Shown: positions 31,174 to 43,071 of the stretch, piece after piece | Position numbering within the stretch: position 1 is the first letter of the stretch | How the letters are laid out: the number at the start of each line of letters is the position of its first letter | Assembly: GCA_965261345.1 (NCBI GenBank) | Contig: OZ253449.1 | Coordinates: forward strand, 2,272,001-2,336,000 | Reading direction: 5' to 3' | Source of the DNA: Chloroflexota bacterium | GTDB taxonomy: Bacteria; Chloroflexota; UBA11872; VXNJ01 | DNA length: 64,000 nt | Notes under the pieces: generated by a model | Databases searched by the model: none | Told to the model about the DNA's origin: nothing | Seen by the model: only the letters and a program-made list of their open reading frames with translations | Made by a program: the position numbers and the translations under genes

Positions 31174-31979
31174 CGTTTAACTTTCGGTCAAACTCGCAGA
31201 ATCGCCGACCGGGATGAGCGCGCAGACGAACAGGCTTTCGCCTGGTCATAGTGTTCGCGTCGACAACAGCGTTTCGGCGGCCTCGCCCGCCCACTTCGAG
31301 GCGGGTTCGGCTTGAACGATATGTACAGGCTGCAGGTAGCGTCCTTATCACCGGCGCGATCGTTGGCGATGGTGTCCATGATGCCTTACGACCGCGAAGC
31401 CGTGGTCCCACGAAACTATTGTGAGTTCCGATGCGTCCCGGTAGTAGGCGAGATCATCATGGTTGGGTCCGTTCTCGTATACGGAACCCCAGCCCCATCT
31501 TGGACCGGTTCCGCTGAGACTGAGACGGGGTGGAAGTTCTCTTTGACCGATCACGTCGTTGGCAGACTGTTAGCGGTTATCGTGGGACTGTCGAATTAGT
31601 TCGCCCCGTCTCGTTTGGCAACGCCGTATCGACCGTGAGGTTGTGGCATATCGACGCGTCCCCAGCTTCGTAGTCGGCGGTGGCCTAATTTCTGCTCAAT
31701 TGGACCTGGCCAATCTTCAACATGCTGGAGCCGAGGACATTGCTGAGTCCGGTTCAAACGATCGGTGATCAGGTCGCACAGTCGCTCCAATTCCTCATGT
31801 GAATGAATCACAACAACTCCAGGATCCGGGCTGTCGAACTGCTCGAAATGGGCGGCATTCCCGACCTACAATCGCGGGAGTTTGATTGCCCGCGGCAGTT
31901 GAGCGGTGGGCAGCGCTAGAGGGTGATGATTGCCATGGCGCGTTAGCCTGGGTGCCCGGTCCGCCCCAGGTATCGCTGA

Positions 31980-32610
31980 AGTATCCGCGCTGCTTTCACT
32001 TAGGCGGAAATGCGTTCTGGCAATTGGCGATAAAGCCATGAGGCATCGGCGGTCGGATACGCCTGCGCCACCCCGGTGATCAGGTGAAATGCCTAAATCA
32101 CCGCGCATGGTCCGTTTGGCGGGTCGTATCGCGCCGCCCAAACCTCGATCCGATCAGCGATCTCCCTGGCGTTGCCATGTCCGAGCACGCCCATCGCCGG
32201 AACGCCCGGGTGGCCGTAGAAGGAGACGAGCTGGGCCCCTTGCAAGACCGAATTCTGCGTGGACGGCCGCGGGAATGTCCGGCCGCGTATTGGATTGGAA
32301 ACTTAGCGTTGGCCTCGTCCCGGGATAAGGTGAGTGAGCGCGCGCCGTACGTGCGGGACGTTTTCTCCCCAACCCTGGATCAGCGACGAGCCGTCCGGCA
32401 TCAGCGTCCACACCGTTAGTCTCGGAACGGTGCGGTCCGGCCCGCGTTCCCAAACGAGCCAGCCCAACGCCGGACCCGCCAAGTCCTGGCGCAGCTCCAT
32501 GCGCTGGACGGTCCAAGTCAATCAAGTCGAACCCCGCCGAAAATTTGCAACAACTGTTTTTGAGGAACCTCAGATCGGCGCCATACCGAACACCCTAAAG
32601 ATCGCCAGGC
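31980..32610 (-). pseudogene. Decayed paralog of 20896..22365
   Basis: Fragments AGPALGWLVWERGPDRTVP, QLVSFYGHPGVPAMGVLGHG and AFHLITGVAQAYPTADASWLYR-stop in shifting frames. Confidence 0.85.
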
Positions 32611-32617
32611 GGTTCGA

Positions 32618-32977
32618 GTGACGCGACCGCGAGACAGGCCATTGTTGGCCGGCCTGTGGATGGGCCTCCTGGCGGGATTAACGGCCATCATGTGTTGCGT
32701 ATCGCCGGTGGTTCTGGTGCTAATTGGCGCAGTGACCGCGGTCGAGGCGATCTCGCTCGGCGACACACTCTATTACGAATACGGATGGTATTTCCGCGGC
32801 GTCGGTCTACTGGTCGGCGCCGTAGCCGTTTATATCTACCTGCGACGCCGCAATTCCTGCTCGATAGGCGGCGCGTTGGATCACTGGCGCACGCTGGTGA
32901 TTTTGATTGCAAGCGCACTTCTCACCTACATCGCGCTGTTCTGGTTTACCAAATACCTCGGGATCTGGTTCGGTTAG
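32618..32977 (+). CDS. Small three-TM membrane protein with a vicinal Cys pair (MerT/MerF-like)
   Basis: GLLAGLTAIMCCVSPVVLVLIG plus RRRNSC loop; three hydrophobic segments. Confidence 0.6.
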   Translation: MTRPRDRPLLAGLWMGLLAGLTAIMCCVSPVVLVLIGAVTAVEAISLGDTLYYEYGWYFRGVGLLVGAVAVYIYLRRRNSCSIGGALDHWRTLVILIASALLTYIALFWFTKYLGIWFG

Positions 32978-33252
32978 CAGGCCCATATCATCGTCACACC
33001 AATCGGGTCAATAAAGCGCGTAATCGCATTTTTGTGCACGCAGATAAGGAATCATCTCGGCTCGCACACCGGTCGATGTGGCTGGTTGGAACGCTACTAA
33101 ATATTTGGTGCAGCGGCGGAAACGCTAGAGAATTGGTCGGGCGGGTTCCCAGCCTTGGCCGAGTTGTTGCGCGACCGCAATTGTTCGGCCGGCGGAACCA
33201 TCCAGCACCAGAACCATTAGTTGTTGCGGAGTATTTTCCAAAGCCCATCCGC

Positions 33253-34014
33253 ATGCGTCCAATGAATCCCGGTTTGCGATTGATGCTGGTCGCTGCACTC
33301 GCGCTGCTTGCATTCGCCGGCATGGCGGCCGGCGCCGTGGCCCTCATCGGACCGGGGGGCCCAGCTGCACCGGCACCCTCGGGCCCACCGGAACGCTCCG
33401 CACCCAATCCCGAACCGGCCATTAACACAACCCCCAGCTTCCTGATCGAACCAGTTTTCGACGGCACGGGCGTACCAAGCGGTCCGGCGGAACGCGCGGA
33501 TACCGATCCGGTCGAAACCGACGCACCCAAACCGACCCCGACGCCATCGCCTGACCCAGCACCCACGCCCAACTATTGGCAGGACGGCGATCGCCGCATG
33601 CGGTTGCACCCGTTTGCGACCCCCACCCCCGCTCCCGCAGACGCCAAATCGGACGGCGAGACCGAGGTGCCCCTCACCCGAAGCGCGGCCGCATCCCAGC
33701 CGGGGACCGCACCGTCGCAAAACCCGGCCGATCCGACGCCGCAGTTCCAGTCCGACTCCGGAAATTCGTTATCCCTTCCGGGCGGCGTACTGGTCGTGCT
33801 GAACGCGGACTGGGGAGCAGATGAAGTGGATGAATTCTTCGCGTCCAACGAGATAAAGCCAGCGCAATTAACGGCAATGCCCCCATTGACCAACACGTAT
33901 CTGATCGCAACGCCGCCCGGGTTGGTATCGCTCGAATTGGCCAATTCGCTGGCCGGCCAATCCGGGGTGATAGCGGCAAGTCCAAACTGGCAGCGCGAGA
34001 TCACGACCAAGTGA
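33253..34014 (+). CDS. Secreted Pro-rich protein, putative stand-alone propeptide/external chaperone of the downstream S8 protease
   Basis: Signal/anchor helix, Pro-rich linker, YWQDGDR, and a C-terminal domain LPGGVLVVL...SLELANSLAGQSGVIAASPNWQREITTK; start reassigned from 32656. Confidence 0.7.
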   Translation: MRPMNPGLRLMLVAALALLAFAGMAAGAVALIGPGGPAAPAPSGPPERSAPNPEPAINTTPSFLIEPVFDGTGVPSGPAERADTDPVETDAPKPTPTPSPDPAPTPNYWQDGDRRMRLHPFATPTPAPADAKSDGETEVPLTRSAAASQPGTAPSQNPADPTPQFQSDSGNSLSLPGGVLVVLNADWGADEVDEFFASNEIKPAQLTAMPPLTNTYLIATPPGLVSLELANSLAGQSGVIAASPNWQREITTK

Positions 34015-37000
34015 ACGGATCCAGGGTCAATTGCTCGCAGCACGCTGCGCGTTGCAGTAACAGGTTGCGCCAGCGCGCCCAGGAGAGTCACGTTAGGCCG
34101 CAATTTAACCATCGAAAAACGCCGCGGAAATTCGAAACCGTAAATCGACCCACCCCGTTCTGGGGGACCCCGCCCGCGGCATGCGGTCGGCGGATCTAAG
34201 GGCCCGGTCGGGCGGGGGCGCAGGCCCTCGCGCACCGCGATCGTTGCGATCCGGGACCCGATGAGGTTGGGCATGGCTCGGGCTACCGCCGAGGCGGCGC
34301 GGTCGGGTGCGAGGTTGGTACTCGTACTCATGGTCGTGTTGGGTTTGGGATTGAGCGGGCAGCCGTCGACCCTGGGCCAAGTGATGCATGATCACGGCGA
34401 CGACCGCGATCATGCGACCGCGATAAACCTGGGGGATTCGACCGCCGGGACCATCGACCCGGCGACCGACGAGGACTTTTTCAGGTTCGAATTGACCGCA
34501 TCCACGGGTGTGCGGATTTTGACCAGTGGCAATCTCAACACGGTTGGACAACTGCAGGGCTCCAGTGGGGCGGTGCTGCGGACCGCCGATGACATCGATT
34601 ACCGCGGCGGAGAGTTAAATTTCGAGATCGCCAACCAGCTCGCCATTGGCACTTACTATGTCCGGGTTCGCAGTTTTCGGGCCGACCCACCGGCCCTGAC
34701 CGGGGATTTCACCCTCTCCGTAAGTGAGTTACCCGACCAGGGTGACACCATCGCGACCGCCGGCACGCTGCCGCTGGATGGCTCAGTGGATGCCCGAATC
34801 CTGCCGGGCACCGACGTGGACATGTTCGAGCTGGTGCTATCGAGCGCAACCGACGTGGAGATCTACACGACCGGCGAGCTGGATACGATCGGCAAGTTAT
34901 TGCACCCAAACAGTGACATTACCGAAAACGACGACCGCACCTTGGATGCCGCGGGCCGCAACTTTCTTATCCGCGAGTCCCTTTCGGCCGGAACCTACTA
35001 CGTAAGCGTCGAGACATTCCAGTCGCAGAACAATCGGACCTTTGGGCCGTACACCCTACACGCCGATTCGATTGCCGACGCCGGCGATTCGCGGTCACAG
35101 GCGAAGGCAATATCGGTCGGTGATTCAGCCGGGGAGACGATGTTCGATTCCGAGGACGTCGATTACTTCCAGTTCACGCTCTCCCAGCAGACAGACTTGC
35201 GGGCTTACACGACCGGGTTCGTAAATACGGTGGGCGTACTGGAGAACCAGGGCGGAACGGAGCTGGCGCGCGGCGACGACTGGGGCTTTCAGCGGCTTAC
35301 CCGGAACTTCCACATCCGGCAAAGTCTTGGCGTCGGTACCTACTACCTCAAGATCGAGAGCGTCGGCGAACGCGCCGGCGATTACGAGCTGCACCTAGAA
35401 GCCGCCCCGCCGGGGTTCGATCCAACCGCGCCGGCGCACACGCTTTCGATGAATCGGGCGGCCAGCGGAAGCATTTCATCGATTTCAGACTTCGACTTGT
35501 ACGAGTTCGCGCTATCTGCGGCGGCGGAGGTCGAATTCGACCTCGACTCGGATATATATTTCTCGCTGGTGACCAGCTTGTATGACCAACATGGAGCGGA
35601 AGTCCCCGGCGGTGGCGGCGAATACGGACTCGACGCCGGTACCTACTACTACCGCGTAACGTCCGGGTTCCTGATCCGTGCCAGCGGCACAGCGGTGGTC
35701 GCCGGTCCGTACGCTGTCACGCTGCGCCGCAATTCAAGTTACGAGTCGTTCTTATCCAGTTGCACGGCGATCACAACCGCGCATAACGACCCGCTTTATG
35801 GATGCCAGTGGCACCTTGAAAACCGCGGAAGGGGTGGGGGCAGGACAGGTCAGGACATCAACGTCGAAGATGCCTGGGAGAACACAAAAGGCGAAGGCGT
35901 TAACGTCTTAATCGTCGACAACGGGCTCGACCCGGATCACGAAGACCTTGTCGAGAACGTCGATGCGAGTCGCAATTTCGACGTGCTCGGCGACGATCGC
36001 GTCCTGCGGCCGCAGTTCACCCACGGGACCGCGGTGGCTGGGTTGATCGCCGCCCGCGACAACGACCTGGGCATGCGCGGGGTGGCCCCTCGCGCGAGCC
36101 TGTATGCTTACAACGCATTGGCCCAAGGCACCGACGCGGACTTCCTCCAGGCCATGCTGCATGAGCAGGATCAGACTCGGGTTTCCAACAACAGCTGGGG
36201 CGCCCGCGAAGGCTCGGGTCTTGATACCGCTCCCTTTATCTGGGAACTGGCGCTTGAACAGGGACTTACGGCCGGGGCGGGCGGCAAGGGAATCGTCTAT
36301 GTCTTCTTCGGCCGGTAACGGCGGTTCGATCGACTATTCAAATCTTGAGGAATACGTCAATCACTACGGCGTGATCGCCGTCTGCGCGGTCGATGACCGC
36401 GGCATACGGACTTCCTATTCAGAATCGGGATCGAATCTGTGGGTGTGCGCCCCCTCGCGCCAGAGCGGCCGGCAGGGAATCGCAACCACCGACAACTACA
36501 GTCGCTACCGTGAATCTTTCGGCGGGACATCGGCGTCGGCGCCCCAGGTATCGGGCGTGGCCGCGCTGGTGCTGGCGGCCAATGACAGACTGACCTGGCG
36601 CGACGTCAAGCTAATCCTGGCCTCGTCGGCACGCCAGAACGATCCGTCCAACAGCGACTGGTTGGCGGGTTCTCCCAAGTACCGCACCGAGAACGACTCC
36701 TACCGGTTCAATCACCGCTACGGATTCGGGGTGGTCGATGCCGCGGCGGCGGTGGAATTGGCCCTTAACTGGGTGAACCTGCCCCCGTTCCAGGAAATCA
36801 CGGCCGTTTCCGGCGATCTGGATCTTGTCATACGCGATTCGCCGCGAGACCCGGTGGAAGTGAAGCTGGCCCTGCCGACCGGCGTTTCGTTCATCGAATT
36901 TGTTGAATTGCAGATCGACTTTTCCCACGAAGCGGTGCGCGATCTCAAAATCGAGCTTGTATCTCCGGCCGGAACGACCTCCGTGATCGCTCCCGACACC

Positions 37001-40000
37001 GGAGCTTCCACGATCGGCTGGGATGGGGAGTTTCGCTTCGGGTCGGCCCGCCACCTGGGCGAGGACGCGGCCGGCGAGTGGACCCTGCGGATCACCGATC
37101 GCCACCGCGTTGACTCTGGTCGGTTGCGCAGCTGGGAGATCATCGCCTACGGTCATCGCCGCGCCCCCGGTCAGCCCACCCCGATTGCGGCGGCCGCCCT
37201 CGATCAGGCTCTGAGCGTCGATTGGCATGCGCCGGAGTCGGCGCAGCTCTCCGAGGTAACTGGATTCGATCTGCGCTTCATCGAGACCTCCGCTGACGAG
37301 ACCATCGATAGCAACTGGACGGTTCGCAGCAGCGTCGCAACGGCAACGCAGTCTCGCTACCGCCTGACGGGACTTAGCAACGGCACTTCATACGACCTCC
37401 AGGCACGGGCGTTCAATTCCGACGGGTCGGGCCCGTGGTCGAAGGCATTCATCGGAATACCTGCGTTGGTTCCAGATATCGCCTCGATATCCGGCATCAC
37501 ACCCGGCAACCAATTGGCCACCATAACCTGGAGCGCGCCAACCACGCCCGCCGGAGCTCCGATAACTGGATACGATCTTCGTCATATCGGGGCGGACAAA
37601 GAGCGCCCCGAGGACGGCGACTGGACCACCGTTTCGAACATTTGGTCGAGCGGCGATCTAACTTACTCGGTCTCGGGACTTGAAAATGGTTTCGAGACCC
37701 GATTCCAGGTCCGGGCCCGCAACAGCAACGGCGCCGGCCCCTGGTCGCCGGCCGAATCTTCCAAACCGCGTACCGCCCCGGCGGCGCCGACAGTCGACCC
37801 GGTCACCGGTTACAACACCCGCCTGCAGATCTCATGGTCAGCACCATCAGATGACGGCGGGGCCGAAATCATCGCCTACCATCTGCGCCGCATCGAGAGC
37901 GCTGCCACCGACAAGAGCGATGCCAACTGGACCGGCGTCGACAACATCTGGCGGGCAGGTCCGGGAGGCTTTGCCTATTCACTCACAGGGCTCGCCAACA
38001 GCACCCAGTACGACGTGCAGATTCAAGCTGAAAACGCCTCCGGGCGGGGCGGCTGGTCAGTTGTGCGCAAGGGCACTCCCGGCAACAAACCGGACGCGCC
38101 CGCGATCGATGCGGTATTGGCCGCTAGCGCCAGCCTGACCGTTGCCTGGACTGCTGCATCCGCGGGAGGGACCGCCAACCGCTACGATCTGCGTTACAAA
38201 CAGAGCTCCGACCCAGATTTACCGTCTTCATGGACCACCGCAAGTTCGATCTGGACAACCGGGTCGGGAACGCTGGAATACGAGCTCACCCGGCTGGAGA
38301 ACGGCACTTCCTATGACATCCAGGTGCGCGGCGGCAATTCCTCCGGTGCTGGGCCTTGGTCGTCCTCGGCCAGTGCCATCCCACAGGGCGTTCCCGGAGC
38401 ACCAGACCTCGACAACGTGGTGCCCGGAACGCGGCAACTCACGGCCTCCTGGAAACGACCCGACAGCGATGGCGGGTCGGAGATCGCCTCGTATGATCTG
38501 CGGCACAAGAAAAGCGCTGATCCCGACGAACCTGCTTCCTGGACAGAGGTATTGATGGTTTGGAGCACCGGTGCGGTAGCACTCGAATACGAAATCACCG
38601 CCTTAGAGAACGGTACTTCCTACGACGTCCAGGTGCGTGCCGTCAACGCAATCGCTCCGGGACCGTGGTCGATTTCCGAATCCAAGATCCCTGGTGATGC
38701 GCTCGGCCCGCCACTAAACGTAGTTGGGAAGGCGCAGCAACGGGCGCTCGAGATCAGCTGGGGCGCACCGGCGGGAGCATCCGGGGTCATCACCTGGGAG
38801 GTTCGCCACATACAGAGCGATGCCACCGACCGCGCCGACGAGAACTGGGAGAGCGATGGCCAGCTGATCCGGTCGGCGCCATACCGCCACATGATCTCCG
38901 ATCTTTTGCCGGCGACCAACTACGACGTTCAGGTCCGCGCCTTCAATGCCAATGGGGCGGGGCAATGGTCAGCTGTGGCCAGCGGCAGGCCCTACGATCC
39001 GCCGGGACGGCCCGGTTTGGCACCGCTGGTACTCGAGTCACAGGCGGTTACGATCCATTGGACCAGGCCCGTTGATGACGGCGGCGCCGACATTACCGGT
39101 TACGACCTGCAGCACTGGCGGGGCGATGCGCCCAGCGCGAATGTGAACTGGAACCTTCGATCCAGCATCTGGCAGGTGACCAGGGATTCGAAAACGAGTT
39201 TCCGGCTGGGCGGATTGCGTAACGGCAGCCGCTACTGGGTCCGATTGAGGGCGGTAAACGCCGCCGGCGAGGGATCTTGGTCGAGTGCCCGATACGGGGT
39301 TCCACGAACGGTCCCTGGTCCACCGCCCAAACCCGGCGTGCAGCCGGGTCAGTGGGCGCTCGAGATCAATTGGACCGAGCCGCGCGATGACGGCGGGGCA
39401 AAGGTCACTGCCTACGACCTGCGTCGCAAGCAGTCAAGCGCACCGGACGAGCCCCAGTCCTGGACGGACGTTTTCGACATCTGGACCACCGGGTCCGGGG
39501 ATCTGGAATACACACTCGGCGGCCTTGACAACGGCACCTCGTATGACATCCAGGTCCGGGCGGTCAATCCGGCCGGCCCTGGCACCTGGTCGGTGACTGG
39601 AAAGGGCATCCCCCGCACCACCCCGGGGCGACCGGCGATTACCGCGGTTGAAGCGGTCCACCAGAGCCTGGAAATTGGATGGACGTCGCCGCTAGATAGC
39701 GGCGGTAACGAGATCTCCGCCTACGACGTTCGTCGCAAGCGGACTCTGGATCCTGACGTTCCGGCCTCCTGGAACGAAATTTTAGGCGTGTGGAAGAGCG
39801 GTGAATCAACAGATCTCACGTATCAGGTGGGCGGGCTCGTCAACGGCACCGAATACGACGTGCAGGTACGTGCGGTCAACGACGCCGGCGCCGGGACATG
39901 GTCGCTGAGCGATAGCGGCACCCCTGTCACCGTGCCGGGAGCGCCGGCGATCGTGTCGGTAGAGCCTTTTGACCAATCGCTGGAATTTAGTTGGTTACGA

Positions 40001-41492
40001 CCTACATTTGACGGTTTTGCCGGCATCGACTCGTACGACCTGCGCCACAAGAAGAGCAGGGATCCGGACCTCCCGCGCTTCTGGACCGAAGCGATCGGGA
40101 TCAGAACCGGATCCGGTCGGCTCGAGTACACGCTTACCGAACTTGCCAACGGGACAGCCTACGACCTGCAGGTGCGTGCGGTCAACGACGCCGGCGCCGG
40201 GGGCTGGTCGGCGACCCGCGCAGGCACGCCCCGGACTGCTCCCGATCCACCCAGCATCTCATCGGTGACCCCGGGAGATAGGTCGCTAACGGTCCGCTGG
40301 CAGGCGCCGCCCCAAAACGGGGGCGCGGAAATCACGTCTTATGACCTGCGCAGCAAGCGCAGTCAGGACCCGGACGTTCCATCTTCCTGGATAGAGGAAC
40401 TCGAAAAATGGACTACCGGCGCCGGCGCGCTCGAGTTCACGCTTACTCAACTTGCCAACGGCACTCTTTACGACGTCCAGGTGCGGGCAGAAAACAGCGC
40501 CGGCGGGTCGGGCTGGTCCGGGACCGCGCCGGGCACACCCGTCGGAGTGCCGTTGGCGCCGGCGATCACCAACCTGGCCGCCGAGGACCGGACGCTTACC
40601 GTTGCCTGGGACCCGCCGAGCGACCTGGGCGGGAACACCCTTGAGGGTTATTCGATTCGCTACAAGGCAAGCAGCGCCCCCGACACCAACCGCAGCTGGA
40701 CCGATTTGATCGATGCCTGGCGGACCGGCACGGCACTGGAGTATTCGATCGATCAACTGCAAAACGGCAGATCCTATGACGTGCAGGTTCGCGTCGAAAC
40801 CGACGCCGATCCCGGACCCTGGTCGCATCTGCGCAGCGCCACCCCCAGGACCGTGCCGCCGGCCCCCCAAGTCCAAAGCCTGGATCCACTCGACCGCTCA
40901 CTTTTAGTCAAATGGCAGGCCCCGTCCGGGAACGGTGGAGCCGAAATAACCGCCTACGACATCCGGTACAAACGCCAATCCGATCCCGATCAGCCCGGTT
41001 CCTGGGCGGAAATCGAAGGTATTTGGCAGACTGGCGGCAGGGCGTCGGAATATATCCTTTCGCCGGGTTCTGGGTTGACCAACGGCACCGCCTACGACGT
41101 CCGGCTGCGGGCGGTCAATATCGCCGGATCTGGGCCCTGGTCGGGATCGGCGCCCGGCACACCGGCGGCGCTACCGCAGGCCCCGGTTCCGATCGCGGCC
41201 AAGCCCGGTCGGGGATCGCTGGAGTTGAGTTGGAATCCACCGGCCAGCGATGGCGGCAGCGAGATCATCGCCTATGACCTGCGCCACAAGAGGAGCAGCA
41301 GCCCCGACACCGACTCCTCCTGGACCCTGTTCGATCGGGTCTGGGAGATGGGCGACGGGGCGCTCGAACACGATCACGTCCCCTGGAGTGGTGTAAGAGC
41401 ACCCGCTTGATCAACTAAGCCAACGCGATGACAAAGGGCCATCGTGTAAACCTCTACGGAGTCAATTCACTTACTTCGTCGAGGAACCATCG

Positions 41493-42726
41493 ATGGCCCA
41501 ACTTGATTATCAGACCTTGCTTGCCCTTATCGCCAAGCAAGGGTTTGACAGCAGCGAATTCGTCCGCAGCGCCGTACGGCACGCCTACCAGGAACTTATT
41601 GACGCCGGCCTGGCCGAAAACATCGGCGCCCAACCGCACGAGCGCAACGGCGAGCGTCGCAATCGGCTTTGGCGGCTCGCGCAAGCGCACCCTCTCCACC
41701 CGGGCGGGCGACATCGAGATTGCCCTGCCCAAGCTGCGCCAAGGCAGCTACTACCCCGAGTTCTTGGAGCGGCGGCGGCGCATCGACCAGGCCCTCTACG
41801 GCGTCATCATGACCGCCTACAGCAAGGGCGTCTCCACCCGCAAGGTCGACAAGCTGGTGGAGGCGATGGGAGTAAACGCCGGGATCTCCAGGTCCGAGGT
41901 GTCAAGGATCTGCAAAGGCATCGACGAGCTGGTCAATGCCTTCCGCGAACGCGATCTCGCGCATACGACCTTCCCGTACCTCTATCTCGACGCCACCTAC
42001 GTAAAAGCCCGAAACGCGCATGCGGTAAGGTCGCGGGCGGTGGGCATAGCAATGGCCATAAACGAGAACGGCCATCGCGAGCTGCTGGGGCTTGCAATCG
42101 GCCACAGCGAAGCGCAGGGCTTCTGGGAGGACTTGATCGCCTCCCTGGTAACGCGCGGTCTATCCGGCGTGCGGCTGGTGATCTCCGATGGGAACCAAGC
42201 CATCGGCAACGCGGTGACAAAGCTTATTCCCGAGGCCGCCTGGCAGACGTGCAGGACACACTTTGGGCGCAATCTTCTGCCAAGGGTCAGAAGCGGCGAC
42301 CGCGGGCTGGTGGCAGCCGGACTGGCGTCGCTGTTTGGGCAGGCTGACAAGCAGAGCGCCATGGACGCCTTCGGAGATTTCGCCGATCGCTTAGAGCGCA
42401 AGTATCCGGAACTGTCCACGATCCTCGAGGACTCCGAGATCGCCCTGACTGCCTACACCGCCTTCCCGCCTTCGCACTGGCGCAAGATCTGGTCCACCAA
42501 TCCCCTAGAGCGCGTTATGGGCGAGCTAAAGCGCCGCACCCGGGTAGTACAGCTCTTCCCCGACGATGACTCGGTCCTGCGCCTTATCGGAGCGGTCCTA
42601 ATTGAGCAGAACGACGAATGGCTCGCATCCGAGCGCCGCTATATGTCCAGGCACTCGATGGCCTTAATCGGCCAACCCCCATCTCCGGGAGAGAGGCAGT
42701 CCCCGCTGGCATTGCCGGCGGGGTAG
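41493..42726 (+). CDS. IS256 transposase, split by the same +1 frameshift (41667-41672)
   Basis: N-terminus in ORF 41493.., DDE core in ORF 41428..42726; junction CTT TGG. Confidence 0.88.
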
Positions 42727-43037
42727 CAACCGCCGCCGGGGGCCGTAGCGCCCTCCAGGGAAATGGAAGGTCGTGCGCCCGGCTTGGCGCTAGCTGGGCC
42801 TAAATAAGGATCACTAGCGTCGAATTGGGCCGACTTTCCCAACAAACCCGGCCCGGTGAGCCCGAATGCGAGCCGTTACGGGCCGGGGCCGGCCTTCGGA
42901 CCCATGGAAGCCCATATGACCGCGACCGCGCCATGGTCGCAACTGGCAAAATGATGGACGCCTTACCGGCAGTCGCCGTCACAGCCAAGGACTCGAAACT
43001 CCCCCAGCAAGCCCCAGCAACCATCTGCCGGCCCTGC

Positions 43038-43071
43038 CGGCAGCTGCAACTCTGCAGAGTTGCAGCTGCCG
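43038..43071. repeat. Perfect 34-bp palindrome in the IS256 3' non-coding region (one mismatch in copy 1 at ~20442-20475)
   Basis: CGGCAGCTGCAACTCTGCAGAGTTGCAGCTGCCG equals its own reverse complement. Confidence 0.95.

Noticed and set aside
37150-41370. CRISPR-like or DNA-level repeat array
   Set aside because: The recurrence is protein-level FN3 repetition with divergent DNA; there are no identical repeats with spacers and no cas genes.
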